28,235 nt of DNA from a virus (taxonomy: Duplodnaviria > Caudoviricetes). A program made the position numbers and the translations under genes. The notes beneath the pieces were generated by a model. That model did no database searches and had not been told where the DNA came from. It worked only from the letters and a program-made list of their open reading frames with translations. Numbering within the stretch: the stretch's first letter is position 1; every line of letters begins with the position of its first letter. Where the stretch lies: IMG/VR virus record IMGVR_UViG_3300044971_001687, positions 1 to 28,235 of that record; one strand, written 5' to 3'. This document shows positions 14,964 to 24,322 of the stretch, piece by piece.

Positions 14964-16130
14964 TCAGCGGAAGATGGCAACGGAAATGATGGGTCTGTCA
15001 AATGGCCCACCAGCCCTTGCATCATAAACTCTTACTGATCCAGCTGTAACTCCAGTATCCAATGGAGATAAATGCGACCCGCTTTGAATGTTGTTGCCTG
15101 AGGTTGTCCCGCTAATACTGTAATTCGCATCCACCATCGCCGTCGTAAAGTTCACCGTATAGTCACCTGTGCTGTTATCTGTAACGCTTGACACATTAAA
15201 ACTTCCTCGGATGAAATTGTTTCTGGTGACATTCCCACTTGTTGAACCAGAAATAGAATCAGTGACAGTAAAGTTGTTAGCGTCTAAGACGGTAACCGTA
15301 TAACTTCCAGATGTAGCACCGCCCGTTGTAAAGGACAGGCTTGCAACTTGTCCAGTAGTCATTCCATGAGCGGTCATCGCGACCGTAATCAACGTCCCAA
15401 CGCGAGTGTATGTTCCATTTAATGGCACTCCACTAAAGTTTACCCACGCTTTAACAGGACTTCCGGTTGCTGCCGTCGTATCGACGTACCCTTTTGTTGC
15501 CGCTCCAAGAGTCGCTACTGGAGCCCCAGAAAGCACAAGCAGCCCTGTCATGGTGTCACCGGTCTTCGCTACGCCTGCTGTAGTCTGCGTAGAGGTATCC
15601 GAGAAGCCAATGCCAGCCGCCGCCATATTGAGCTTGCCGGTCATGGTGTCGCCGGCCTTGTTGACTTTTAGAGCGTCCGCTGTGTCAACGTAGCCTTTGG
15701 TTGCCGCTTCCAAGGCTGCGCTCGGAGCACCCGGAAGCACAATAGCGCCTGTCATCGTCCCACCGGTCAAACTCAACTTGGTAGCAAGGCTGGCGTTCAC
15801 GCTGGCTTGAAACGCCGCGAAGTCTGCTTGCGACACATCACCAGCGGTGCTCATGGCCGAGTAAACGAGCTCGCCCTTGTTGTCGTTCACAACCATCGAG
15901 AAGTTCGTCGCGGAGGTGTACACGCGAGCTGGTGTGCCAGAACGCGAGAAGAAGCCATTCAGCGTCCGCAAAGGCTGCGCTGCCGGCTGGGTGAGCGCAT
16001 CGTCCCAGTACACCGAGATGGGATTTGTGATTGGATTCAAGTTCGCCGTGCCGATGTAGACGTAACCGTTGTTGAGCGGCGAGCCGTCTGTGTCGGCGAA
16101 GGTCGTGAATGGAGAAACGATGTAGGCCAT
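14964..16130 (-). CDS. Tail fibre with P22-tailspike-like head-binding N-terminus
   Basis: F.D.DG.PL.NG.VYIG.ANLNP..NP..VY, QPLRT; TMTG/ATKGYVD repeats; C-terminal KAWVNF...FNVSSVTD..TGDYTVNF. Confidence 0.85.
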   Translation of the reverse strand: MAYIVSPFTTFADTDGSPLNNGYVYIGTANLNPITNPISVYWDDALTQPAAQPLRTLNGFFSRSGTPARVYTSATNFSMVVNDNKGELVYSAMSTAGDVSQADFAAFQASVNASLATKLSLTGGTMTGAIVLPGAPSAALEAATKGYVDTADALKVNKAGDTMTGKLNMAAAGIGFSDTSTQTTAGVAKTGDTMTGLLVLSGAPVATLGAATKGYVDTTAATGSPVKAWVNFSGVPLNGTYTRVGTLITVAMTAHGMTTGQVASLSFTTGGATSGSYTVTVLDANNFTVTDSISGSTSGNVTRNNFIRGSFNVSSVTDNSTGDYTVNFTTAMVDANYSISGTTSGNNIQSGSHLSPLDTGVTAGSVRVYDARAGGPFDRPIISVAIFR

Positions 16131-16136
16131 GGTGTG

Positions 16137-18182
16137 TTACTCTTGAGGTGGTTCTTCGCTGGGCTTGAGGATGTCTTTGTTGGAGCCCATGTAGTTTGCG
16201 ATACTGGTCAATACCGCTCGCTCTGAACTGCTGTTGCTCTTGACCCTTCCAAGTTGGGCGAGAAGGTTCCTACCTGCCTTGGACTCGTACAAGCGCACAA
16301 GACCGGTGTTTAGTGCTGCGGCAAGGCCAGCTCCGACAAGTCCGAGTTGACTCTGAAGACCAGAGAACGCAACAAAAGGAACAGCCTGTGCGCCAGTTGG
16401 TGGATTTGCTGCAAACTCTCCAGCCCTACGAGTGTAGTTCAAAGCCTTCTGAAGTCCCTGCACACTGTCTAGGTCAGAACCTGTGAAGAACACGTTCACT
16501 TGGTTTTCAAGTTTCCCAAGTTGAGTTGCAAACCGGTTGGGCACAATCACGCCAGACGGGTCAGTGGCATTCTCTAATGCACGGGTGATAATTGCCGCTC
16601 TTCCAACTTCACGCCCTTCTGTTGACAGGTTTCTATAGAGTCTTTCGATGCTGCTCTTCTTGTCCGTAAAAAGCACGTTGTTAACGATTTCAGGCGTCAA
16701 CTCGCCTTTCTTGAGAAGCGAGTTAAACGAGGACGCCTTAAGGTCATCTGCAAGGTCAGAAAGAGCACGGTTTGAAACACTCCACTTGGTGAAATCAGTT
16801 GGTTTTCCAAACTGTTTGATGTGGTTGCCAAGGTCTTGATTCAACGCTGTATAAACCTCGTTGTAGGCTTTTGAAGCCATGTCCTTTGGCGTTCCGATAG
16901 TTGGGTCTGTCAAACTCTTAAAAAGAACCTTTCGTCTTTGTTCAACCTCTTCAGGTGTCTTGCCGACAATTTCAGAGGAGAAGTTGATGAGATCGTCAAT
17001 CGCTTGCTTGTTTGCTGTTGGGCTAATGTTCTCAAGTTCAAGCGCCAAGTCCTCGGCTTTTTTGGCCGTTGCAGACATATCTACAAGCTGACCTGTCATA
17101 GAAAGCCTTCCGAGAACATCCTGCTTATTCCCTGACAGTTTTTTAACAATCTTCTCACGCTGAGAAATCGCCTGATTTGCCAATTCCTCCGTGAGCGTAG
17201 GGCTTCCAACACCAGCGTATTCAGACACAAAATCTTGGATTGCCTCTGACCGCTGCTTCTCTTGCTTGCGTAGAAGCGAGCCGGTTCCAAACGGTGTAAT
17301 CTCTCTGGTCTTTGCCAGTGCATTGCCAAGTGGCGTCTCTGGCTTGAACTCTTGGGAGGTAATCGTCTCGATGCCGCGTTTCTCGGCCTGTACCGCGCCT
17401 TCTGGAAGAGCAGCAGCTTTGCTGATTCTAGCCCCTGCGCCAATACCAGCACCCATGCCGCCACCAAGACCGGCCAGAAGCTGCGCTGTAGGGCCGTAGC
17501 CGGCCTCTTTAGCCGCCTGCATACCAACTTCTGCTCCAACGCTAGAAGCTATCTGTTCAGCAGGCTTCTCCGAAAAGAACCGTCCTGCTGCCTGCATCGC
17601 CGGTCTGGCTGATGCCATGAGTGCCTTGCCAAGGCCGACCTGACCGAGACCTTCACCAACACCGCGTCCTACTGCTCCTGCAAGGCGTTCTGCTTGCGTG
17701 TCAGGGTTAGGCACTCCGAGTTGAGTGAGATAGTGGTTTAGCGCATCAGACGGTTTTGTGTAGTGCGTACCGAAAAGCGAGTTGATGCCAGAAACAACCG
17801 GATCGGCCAGAGTCATGCCAGCAGCCCCGATAAGGGCACCAGGAACGGCGCCAATGCCACCGGTGGGTGCTCCACCCATGATTGCGCCTCCAACAGCCCC
17901 AAGAGCCGCAGGGCTGAGTCCACGCAACGCTCCACCCGCCAACCCTCCCGCCGTCGTCTCCGGTTGCCCAATCATCGCCTCTTCGCTGGCAGCAGACGGC
18001 AGCGGTGCCTCGGCTGGTGCGGCCTCTGGAGGAGCCGGTGGGCCTTGCATTTCTGGGCCTTGCTCCTGAGGTTTTAATCCAAACTTTCCAATGATTTCAT
18101 CTACTGCAAATGGAATGGCCTCAGGCGAGTCAGCCTTAACCTCAAACATCTTGTCGCCGATCTTTACGTCGTAAACTGGCAT
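16137..18182 (-). CDS. DNA ejection/transfer protein (P22 gp16-like position)
   Basis: Large helical protein with Gly/Ala-rich membrane-type segments; third of three ejection genes; start MPVYDV. Confidence 0.7.
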   Translation of the reverse strand: MPVYDVKIGDKMFEVKADSPEAIPFAVDEIIGKFGLKPQEQGPEMQGPPAPPEAAPAEAPLPSAASEEAMIGQPETTAGGLAGGALRGLSPAALGAVGGAIMGGAPTGGIGAVPGALIGAAGMTLADPVVSGINSLFGTHYTKPSDALNHYLTQLGVPNPDTQAERLAGAVGRGVGEGLGQVGLGKALMASARPAMQAAGRFFSEKPAEQIASSVGAEVGMQAAKEAGYGPTAQLLAGLGGGMGAGIGAGARISKAAALPEGAVQAEKRGIETITSQEFKPETPLGNALAKTREITPFGTGSLLRKQEKQRSEAIQDFVSEYAGVGSPTLTEELANQAISQREKIVKKLSGNKQDVLGRLSMTGQLVDMSATAKKAEDLALELENISPTANKQAIDDLINFSSEIVGKTPEEVEQRRKVLFKSLTDPTIGTPKDMASKAYNEVYTALNQDLGNHIKQFGKPTDFTKWSVSNRALSDLADDLKASSFNSLLKKGELTPEIVNNVLFTDKKSSIERLYRNLSTEGREVGRAAIITRALENATDPSGVIVPNRFATQLGKLENQVNVFFTGSDLDSVQGLQKALNYTRRAGEFAANPPTGAQAVPFVAFSGLQSQLGLVGAGLAAALNTGLVRLYESKAGRNLLAQLGRVKSNSSSERAVLTSIANYMGSNKDILKPSEEPPQE

Positions 18183-18186
18183 GACT

Positions 18187-19692
18187 TTACTTCTGTTTGA
18201 ATTCAAATGTCACTCCGCCGCGACTGCCTTGAGTCCAGCCTGCGCCAGCACCAGTTGGCACCGGCGGTGGTACGGACTTGTTCTTGAGTTGTTCTTGGCG
18301 CGTCTGTGGCGCTTTGCTTCCAAGTACAGACTCAACTGGCGCATTTGGAAGCGAGAAGATGTTTTGAATATCTAGGCCACGCCTTTCAGCAATAGCTTTG
18401 TTACTTTCTAGATATTTATTGTATTCTTTTTCAGATTGCTGCATCCGCCTTTCTGACATCCGAATCAAGTCGTCCCTGTCTTTCTCGGAAAGCTTTCCTC
18501 CTTCGTTTACTTTAGCAACAAGCGATCTGAATGCGGCTGGAATCGTCCCACCGGTAACCATTCCTGCTTCAGTCACGCTGACCGTTGACGTTGGGTCATT
18601 GATTTTGACAGCCGCAACAATTGCTGACGCATCACCAGGGATGCTCTTAAGTTCCTTTGCCAACTGAACCGCTGTGACGAGGTCTCTTCTTGCAATATAA
18701 TTTCTAACAAAAGGTTCAGCCTCAAAGTTTTCTTTCATCTGAATTTCTAGCGAAGCTTTCTTCTCTGGGTCAAGCGCGCCAGATTTCTTGAAGTCTGCTT
18801 CTAAATCCTTAAGTCGAGCCTCTGCTTTCTTCAACGATGTCTCGGACTCGGTTTTGGCAACCTGCTCAGGAGCGCGTTCCTTGAGGAAGCCCAAAAAAGA
18901 ATCTGCTTTCTTTTGGTCTACTTTCAAAAGATTGCTGTAAGCAACATTTGCCCAGATTGCAGGAGGCGCTTCTTCTGGCAGTCTGTCTAAAGCTGTCTGA
19001 AGCTCTTTAGACATCCGTTGAGCAACCGGATTCGGGTCTTTTGCAAATGCAGAAATCTGGTCGTTTATCAACTTAAACGCTCCGATGTTGTCCCCTGACA
19101 TCCCAAACATCGCAGCGTCCTGCATGGTGTTCACAAGCCCATCACGGTACTTGTTTGGCATGGCTTTCAGGATGTTGTCATACCTTTCAGCCTCCTTTGA
19201 AGGCAGAAGCGCACTCAACTGCCCAATCTTTTGTACGGATTTTGGGTCTGGATCGTTTGGATCCATCTTGCTGGCAATCTGACCAAGACGGATTTGAGCT
19301 GCCGCAGTAGCAGCATCTAACTCTGCCTTGTTCAACTTCCCAATCACCGGCAAGAGCGCTTCTGTGCCAGCTTCTTCAGAGCTTACAAAGCTGTTGAACG
19401 CCTTTCCAACTTCTTGTTGCCTTGCCCTCTCAGCCTGAAGCGCCTGCAACTGCTGCTGGAATCCAAACTCTGCACGCCTTGCCGCCGCCGCGCTCTGTGC
19501 CATCTGCTGTTGTTGGCCTTGGATACCGAGTTGAGCGGCTTGAATCTGGAGCGGGGCCATCATCGCCGCTTGTTCCTGCTGGGCGCGAGACGCCTTAATC
19601 CCCTCAATAGCTGAGAGCCCTTGAATCAGATTACCTCCGAACAGACCTGGATTTGGAGGCTGAATTGGAATGTTGTAGTTGAAATCAGCCAT
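18187..19692 (-). CDS. DNA ejection/transfer protein (gp20-like position)
   Basis: Gln/Ala-rich helical protein; DP.S.V...E motif; start MADFNY. Confidence 0.65.
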   Translation of the reverse strand: MADFNYNIPIQPPNPGLFGGNLIQGLSAIEGIKASRAQQEQAAMMAPLQIQAAQLGIQGQQQQMAQSAAAARRAEFGFQQQLQALQAERARQQEVGKAFNSFVSSEEAGTEALLPVIGKLNKAELDAATAAAQIRLGQIASKMDPNDPDPKSVQKIGQLSALLPSKEAERYDNILKAMPNKYRDGLVNTMQDAAMFGMSGDNIGAFKLINDQISAFAKDPNPVAQRMSKELQTALDRLPEEAPPAIWANVAYSNLLKVDQKKADSFLGFLKERAPEQVAKTESETSLKKAEARLKDLEADFKKSGALDPEKKASLEIQMKENFEAEPFVRNYIARRDLVTAVQLAKELKSIPGDASAIVAAVKINDPTSTVSVTEAGMVTGGTIPAAFRSLVAKVNEGGKLSEKDRDDLIRMSERRMQQSEKEYNKYLESNKAIAERRGLDIQNIFSLPNAPVESVLGSKAPQTRQEQLKNKSVPPPVPTGAGAGWTQGSRGGVTFEFKQK

Positions 19693-19696
19693 AATT

Positions 19697-20860
19697 TTAC
19701 ACGTTGGTGGACATAAATCCAGACTGCGCCCCCTGTCCCATTGTCCAGTCGCCAGAACCGGCAAAGGATTCATAGCCGCCTCCGCCGCTGTCAAAGCCTC
19801 CACTTAACTGATTCAGTAGAGCGAAGTTTTGTAATCCGCTTCCAATTGCATTCGCCATACCAGTATATCCAGCAGCCCGAGCCGCTGCTGCTCCTTGAAT
19901 CCCAGCGGCCTGCGCTGCTCCTTGTGACGAGAGAAGACCAGCAATTGCATTTCCAGACTGGATGCCGCCAGCAGCTTGTCCTGCCGCAGACGCTTGACCC
20001 AAGTTAAGCATATTCTGCGCTGCTGCCTGTCCTACATTGGAGAGACCACCAAGACGTGCGTACTGCTGATCGATAAGCTGATTAAGAAGCTGCGGACGGT
20101 ACCGTGCGAGTGCGCTTTGAGTGCCATCAGAACCGCGCCGCCCGGTGGCTGACGCCGCTGCAAGAATCGCTTCCTCGCCCTGCTTGGCGAGTTCTTGGTA
20201 AAGCGGCCCCTGCTCAATCTGCTGGATAGCTTGACGTTGCTGTTCGATGCCAAGCTGTTCGTACTGCTTGTCCTCAAGAATCGGTTTAAATAGAGCCTGT
20301 TGCTGCGCGTATCCTTGGGCCTCAATGTTTCTGGCAGCAGCATTAGTCGATAAATCAAACTCAGCTAAAGCATCTTCTCCTTTGATTTTTTCTCTTTGTT
20401 TTTCTCTAGTTCTATAAAGCTCATCAATTTTCTCTTTTGTGATGTCAGCGAGTTGATTGTACTGCGGCGATTGTTGAATAGCGTAAAGGGCTCTTTGGCG
20501 CTCCTGCTCACCACCAAGACCGGCTAGACGTTGCATTTGCTGAATCGCTCCAGGGCCAGCGCCGATATATGGTTGTGTAAGCCCAGGCTGACCAGCATTG
20601 ATGTATGGCGAGAGAATCTCCCGCATTGCATCAAACTGTCTGCGTTGCTCATAAATAGCAGCGTCTTGACCTCGCAACTGAGCTGCCGCTGCTCTTTCTG
20701 AAGCAGCCTTTGCTGCGCTAGAAGCTTTCTTTTGTCCGTAAATACTTGCGCCAACACCACCAGCCGCAACCCCAGCGGCAATCGCTGCTGCCGTGCCTGC
20801 GCCTGCTAAAGCCGCTCCTCCTCCTACTGCAATTGCTGTTCCTACTGCTACAAATGCCAT
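19697..20860 (-). CDS. DNA ejection protein, P22 gp7-like
   Basis: Hydrophobic Gly/Ala N-terminus, EQRRQFD....L.PY..AG, QGEEAIL..ASATG. Confidence 0.8.
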   Translation of the reverse strand: MAFVAVGTAIAVGGGAALAGAGTAAAIAAGVAAGGVGASIYGQKKASSAAKAASERAAAAQLRGQDAAIYEQRRQFDAMREILSPYINAGQPGLTQPYIGAGPGAIQQMQRLAGLGGEQERQRALYAIQQSPQYNQLADITKEKIDELYRTREKQREKIKGEDALAEFDLSTNAAARNIEAQGYAQQQALFKPILEDKQYEQLGIEQQRQAIQQIEQGPLYQELAKQGEEAILAAASATGRRGSDGTQSALARYRPQLLNQLIDQQYARLGGLSNVGQAAAQNMLNLGQASAAGQAAGGIQSGNAIAGLLSSQGAAQAAGIQGAAAARAAGYTGMANAIGSGLQNFALLNQLSGGFDSGGGGYESFAGSGDWTMGQGAQSGFMSTNV

Positions 20861-20872
20861 TTTTTAATCCTC

Positions 20873-21307
20873 CTAAGTGGTTAAACTTTCAAGTAGAGCT
20901 TTTGCTTCTTCAAACTTGATGAAAGAGTTGCTTTTACGCACCAATGTTGACTCCAAAACCTCAACGCTGGTCTCGTCTGTTGGATGAATGGTAGCGAACT
21001 TCATCTCTTCCAAAATGAAGAGCACTTTCCTGACATTGGGTTTTGAGATGAAATAACACGGCGCAACAAGGTCTTCGATAACGCCGTCAATCATCACTCG
21101 GGCTTTGCCGGTAAGAACCACATTGAAATGCTCAGTAAGATGTTCGTGCCCAATGATAAAACTGCCAGCAGGCATTGTTATCTCGCGCATATAGACCCCA
21201 GGCGCAAAGTTGTGTTTTAACGGACACTCAACCTGTGGAAGATTGAGAAGTTCCTTCTCAAGGCTCTCAATCTGATCGTTTACCGGTACTGAAAGTTCTT
21301 CACTCAT
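20873..21307 (-). CDS. Cupin-fold phage protein
   Basis: H.FAPGVY.REI..PAG..IIG..H..EH.N.V..G, K.......E....TIH. Confidence 0.75.
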   Translation of the reverse strand: MSEELSVPVNDQIESLEKELLNLPQVECPLKHNFAPGVYMREITMPAGSFIIGHEHLTEHFNVVLTGKARVMIDGVIEDLVAPCYFISKPNVRKVLFILEEMKFATIHPTDETSVEVLESTLVRKSNSFIKFEEAKALLESLTT

Positions 21308-21642
21308 TACGTCACTTCCCTCCCCGAAGCAGTAATGGTGATTGAAACGGCTGCGCTTGCTAGGGTCGATATGCGTCCGCCTACTTCAAGAACCTGTCCG
21401 ACGAGTTCCGGGCAAGTGTAGGTCTCGTTTGGAAAAATCGTTCTGGCGTCGAGAATCAAGTTTGCGTCACCTACGGAAGCTGACAAAGGAACCAAGTTGA
21501 CCGACAACGTCACATTGCTGGCAGAAGTGTTCGTAGCGGTAAACTTGTCGATGATGCACTTGGCATTAGACGCCGTGTACTGAGTCGTCTGCGAAGCCTC
21601 AGCCTGCTTGGGCGGGATGATGTTTTTGACGTTAACGGCCAT
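21307..21642 (-). CDS. Small beta-rich virion protein, 111 aa
   Basis: IIDKFTATN, ETYTCPELVGQVL..GG.IST; lies in the tail operon. Confidence 0.75.
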   Translation of the reverse strand: MAVNVKNIIPPKQAEASQTTQYTASNAKCIIDKFTATNTSASNVTLSVNLVPLSASVGDANLILDARTIFPNETYTCPELVGQVLEVGGRISTLASAAVSITITASGREVT

Positions 21643-22324
21643 ACAGCGGGACAGTTGTTACGGTGAGAATAACGGACGGAATACCAGGCACCGGTGGGGC
21701 TGCGGTAAAAGCCTTGATTTCGAGGTCTGTCACGTCCGATGACCAAACAAACTCAAGGTAATCTCCCGCGTTCATTCTATACACGAAGTTCCATGCCGCA
21801 ACACTTTCCGCGTTGTTGCCTTGAAGACGAACCTGCGTTGCAGAATTGGTTTGGTTAATGCCATTGATAGCCGCCCACAGGTAGAACAAACCGACGCCTC
21901 CTGCGGTCTTGTCCAACTGCATTGAGAACTGGAAGTTGTATATGCCCTCAGAATCGACGTAAATGCGGCTTGCAGGCGTTCCAATGCGTACACCGAAGCT
22001 CAGGTCTGTTGAGTTGAATGTGACGGCCTTTGGCGTGTTTATGACCGTGGACGTTTGCGTTGTCGTATCATAAAAGGTGCCATAGCGAAGCTGGCGCAGT
22101 GGTTCTGGCGCGGGAGCTGTGGCATATAGCTCAACAAGCTTTGAGAGGCGTTCGATGGAGTCCAGCGCCTGCTGTGCATTTGCTTGAGCGCCGGCGGACT
22201 CGAACTCGTTCGCTTCGGTGGCTGTAGGGACGCTGGCAAAGAGTTCCTCGAAAGCTCGGATTGCCCGTTGATCAGGCAAGAACTTTGCTAGGTCGTTTCG
22301 GTTGAGATTGATGCGGTTCGCCAT
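21632..22324 (-). CDS. Tail protein after gp10-like gene (helical N-terminus, beta-sandwich C-terminus)
   Basis: YG.FYDTTTQ, G.YNFQFS.QL, P.IPSVILTV; occupies the position of the tail needle in P22-like gene order. Confidence 0.7.
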   Translation of the reverse strand: MANRINLNRNDLAKFLPDQRAIRAFEELFASVPTATEANEFESAGAQANAQQALDSIERLSKLVELYATAPAPEPLRQLRYGTFYDTTTQTSTVINTPKAVTFNSTDLSFGVRIGTPASRIYVDSEGIYNFQFSMQLDKTAGGVGLFYLWAAINGINQTNSATQVRLQGNNAESVAAWNFVYRMNAGDYLEFVWSSDVTDLEIKAFTAAPPVPGIPSVILTVTTVPLYGR

Positions 22325-23724
22325 TACCAGACAAGTGGTTCGAGCCTTGCGTCAAGTCGTGCGATGGACATATGCGCGTCACTCGTCCCACGGAACCGGT
22401 ACGTCCGCCAATCTCCCATACGACCGTTACGCATCCACGTCAGGCGCTTGTAGTAGTCGCCAATCTTACCGGCCTTTATGCCGCGTTCGACCGAGTAAGT
22501 CAGACCGTCTGCTGAGTAGCTTGCGAAGATGGTTGGGTCAACGCCAAGCGCCACCCGCCCGGTAAGTGCCACAAGTTCCATCTCATGGAAAATGGCACCT
22601 TTACCTTCGTTGTAGAAAATCTGTGTTTCAAACTGCCAGCCGGTCAGGTTTCCCCACACCGACGAGATTGTGTCTACCGTGTAGCCGAGGTTCGTTGTTG
22701 TGGTGTCAGCACACACCCACTTGTCGTAGACGTACACAAAGTTACGTGCGCGGTAGCCGTTGTTGCCAACAATACCGTCTGCGAGCACAAACCAAACGGC
22801 CTGTTGGGCGATTTGCGAGGCTGTGCCGTCGTACACAAGCGTGCGGTCAGGAAGGTGAATGTACAGGTGGTTCAGTCCATCGTGAAGACGCGTTTCACAG
22901 ACAATCTGAGCCAGAGTAGTTTCAGGGTAACTTGCCAGAATCTGGTCAATTTCACGGGTTGAGACCTTGACCGTGTTTGCCCCAGTCGCGAGCCATACCG
23001 AGACCTGCTCGTTTCTCCCGCCTCCGACGAATGCCATAGCATCCAGATAGACGCATGAGGTGTACGTTCCCACGCCCCCTCGCTGTATCTGGGCTCCCTC
23101 AACGCGCACGAACGGGAAGTCCCCTGCAAGCCCCGCGTTGTTGAAGAGCTCGATGGTGTGTCGGTTAACCGCATAGACCTCGTTCCTGAACTTCTGAATG
23201 GAGATAACGCTGTCTGGGTCGGCCTCGCTGGTCGCTTTGTACGAGATGACCGTTGGGTCGCTGATGCTGGTAATAGCCAGCAGGTAGCCGTCGGTGACGA
23301 AGAAGTACCCGTCCACCCAGCAAAAGTCGATGAGCGGCCCAAGCTCAGGATCGTCTGCAAGCTGGGTCAGAACCGTGCCGTTCCAGTAGTACAACGTACC
23401 GTTTGACAGCACTGCAAGCAGGTCGGTTGAGTAGTCGAAGGTGACTTGCCCTGACCCACCAATATCAGCCAACACCGTGACGCCGCCGAGAACATCCACG
23501 CTGACGAGCTTGGTGCCCATGGCGCGGTACAGCGTGCCTTTCCACTCAATGCCGCCTCGGTCGAGTCCTGGGCCTGTGCCGAACTGCACAATGCCATCAG
23601 CCGGCCTCAGGTAACCGTTGCTGATGCCGTTTTGCTGGATGACCGGTACGAGGTTGCGCGGGTAGCTGCGACGGAAGTCGCTTGCTCCATTTGTGTAGAT
23701 TCCGCTGAGTACCGGTACTTCCAT
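22324..23724 (-). CDS. P22 gp10-like packaged DNA stabilisation / tail hub protein
   Basis: YP.NL.P, GYLRPADG, RG.I.W...LY...G.KL, DGYF, E.DPD, HL...TLVYD. Confidence 0.88.
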   Translation of the reverse strand: MEVPVLSGIYTNGASDFRRSYPRNLVPVIQQNGISNGYLRPADGIVQFGTGPGLDRGGIEWKGTLYRAMGTKLVSVDVLGGVTVLADIGGSGQVTFDYSTDLLAVLSNGTLYYWNGTVLTQLADDPELGPLIDFCWVDGYFFVTDGYLLAITSISDPTVISYKATSEADPDSVISIQKFRNEVYAVNRHTIELFNNAGLAGDFPFVRVEGAQIQRGGVGTYTSCVYLDAMAFVGGGRNEQVSVWLATGANTVKVSTREIDQILASYPETTLAQIVCETRLHDGLNHLYIHLPDRTLVYDGTASQIAQQAVWFVLADGIVGNNGYRARNFVYVYDKWVCADTTTTNLGYTVDTISSVWGNLTGWQFETQIFYNEGKGAIFHEMELVALTGRVALGVDPTIFASYSADGLTYSVERGIKAGKIGDYYKRLTWMRNGRMGDWRTYRFRGTSDAHMSIARLDARLEPLVW

Positions 23725-23871
23725 TTACTTCTTCTTGGCGGTCTTTGCTGATGCCTTGAACGCGGCTGCGGTCGGCGCTCCCTTGGAACCCGGCTTACGC
23801 ATCCGCTCTTTGCTGCCAGCTTCAATGCGTTCGCGTTTGGCGTGGATATTTGCGTAGAGTCCCTTTTTCAT
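23725..23871 (-). CDS. Small basic phage protein, 48 aa (not in ORF track)
   Basis: Hand translation MKKGLYANIHAKRERIEAGSKERMRKPGSKGAPTAAAFKASAKTAKKK; abuts both neighbours. Confidence 0.85.
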   Translation of the reverse strand: MKKGLYANIHAKRERIEAGSKERMRKPGSKGAPTAAAFKASAKTAKKK

Positions 23872-24137
23872 TTGCAGTTCCAGCGTTTGAGTGAAGCAGC
23901 TTTGCGCGTAGGCCGGCCTTTCTCGTCCTTCATAGGCCCAGGCATCCCGCTCATCCTCGCGCAGAACGAAGCCTTGCGCCCCGCATCTGCCTTGGTCTTA
24001 GGGTTGGGTGCTGGAGGCTTGAGCTTGGAGCCAGTAGCTGCGTTGTACTTTGCGCGGCCCTTGGCTGTTAAGCCAGCCCCCTTGGATACAGGGAGCTTTT
24101 CACCGCGACCGACCGAGAGTGAGGTTGATTTAGGCAT
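23868..24137 (-). CDS. DUF6321-like basic protein, 89 aa
   Basis: GLTAKGR..YN..TGS.LK.P, R.ASFCARM.G, SLK.W.C; start MPKSTS. Confidence 0.8.
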   Translation of the reverse strand: MPKSTSLSVGRGEKLPVSKGAGLTAKGRAKYNAATGSKLKPPAPNPKTKADAGRKASFCARMSGMPGPMKDEKGRPTRKAASLKRWNCK

Positions 24138-24321
24138 CTTGCGGAGGAGGAGAGTAACTGCCGTCTTCGTTGCGGATAAAGCCTGCGCCTGCCTCGTAAT
24201 CGAATCGGAACTCATACAACGTGGTTCCTTCTGGAGGCGTGTATGGTGTCACGCCATCCCACAGTATTGTCATTTCAACGATTGATGTTTCGTTGTTAAC
24301 GATTGCCCATTGATTAGCCAT
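24130..24321 (-). CDS. Small acidic fibre-associated protein, 63 aa
   Basis: WAIV......V...I.WDG....PP.G motif; directly follows the glycine-rich fibre gene. Confidence 0.75.
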   Translation of the reverse strand: MANQWAIVNNETSIVEMTILWDGVTPYTPPEGTTLYEFRFDYEAGAGFIRNEDGSYSPPPQDA

Positions 24322-24322
24322 A

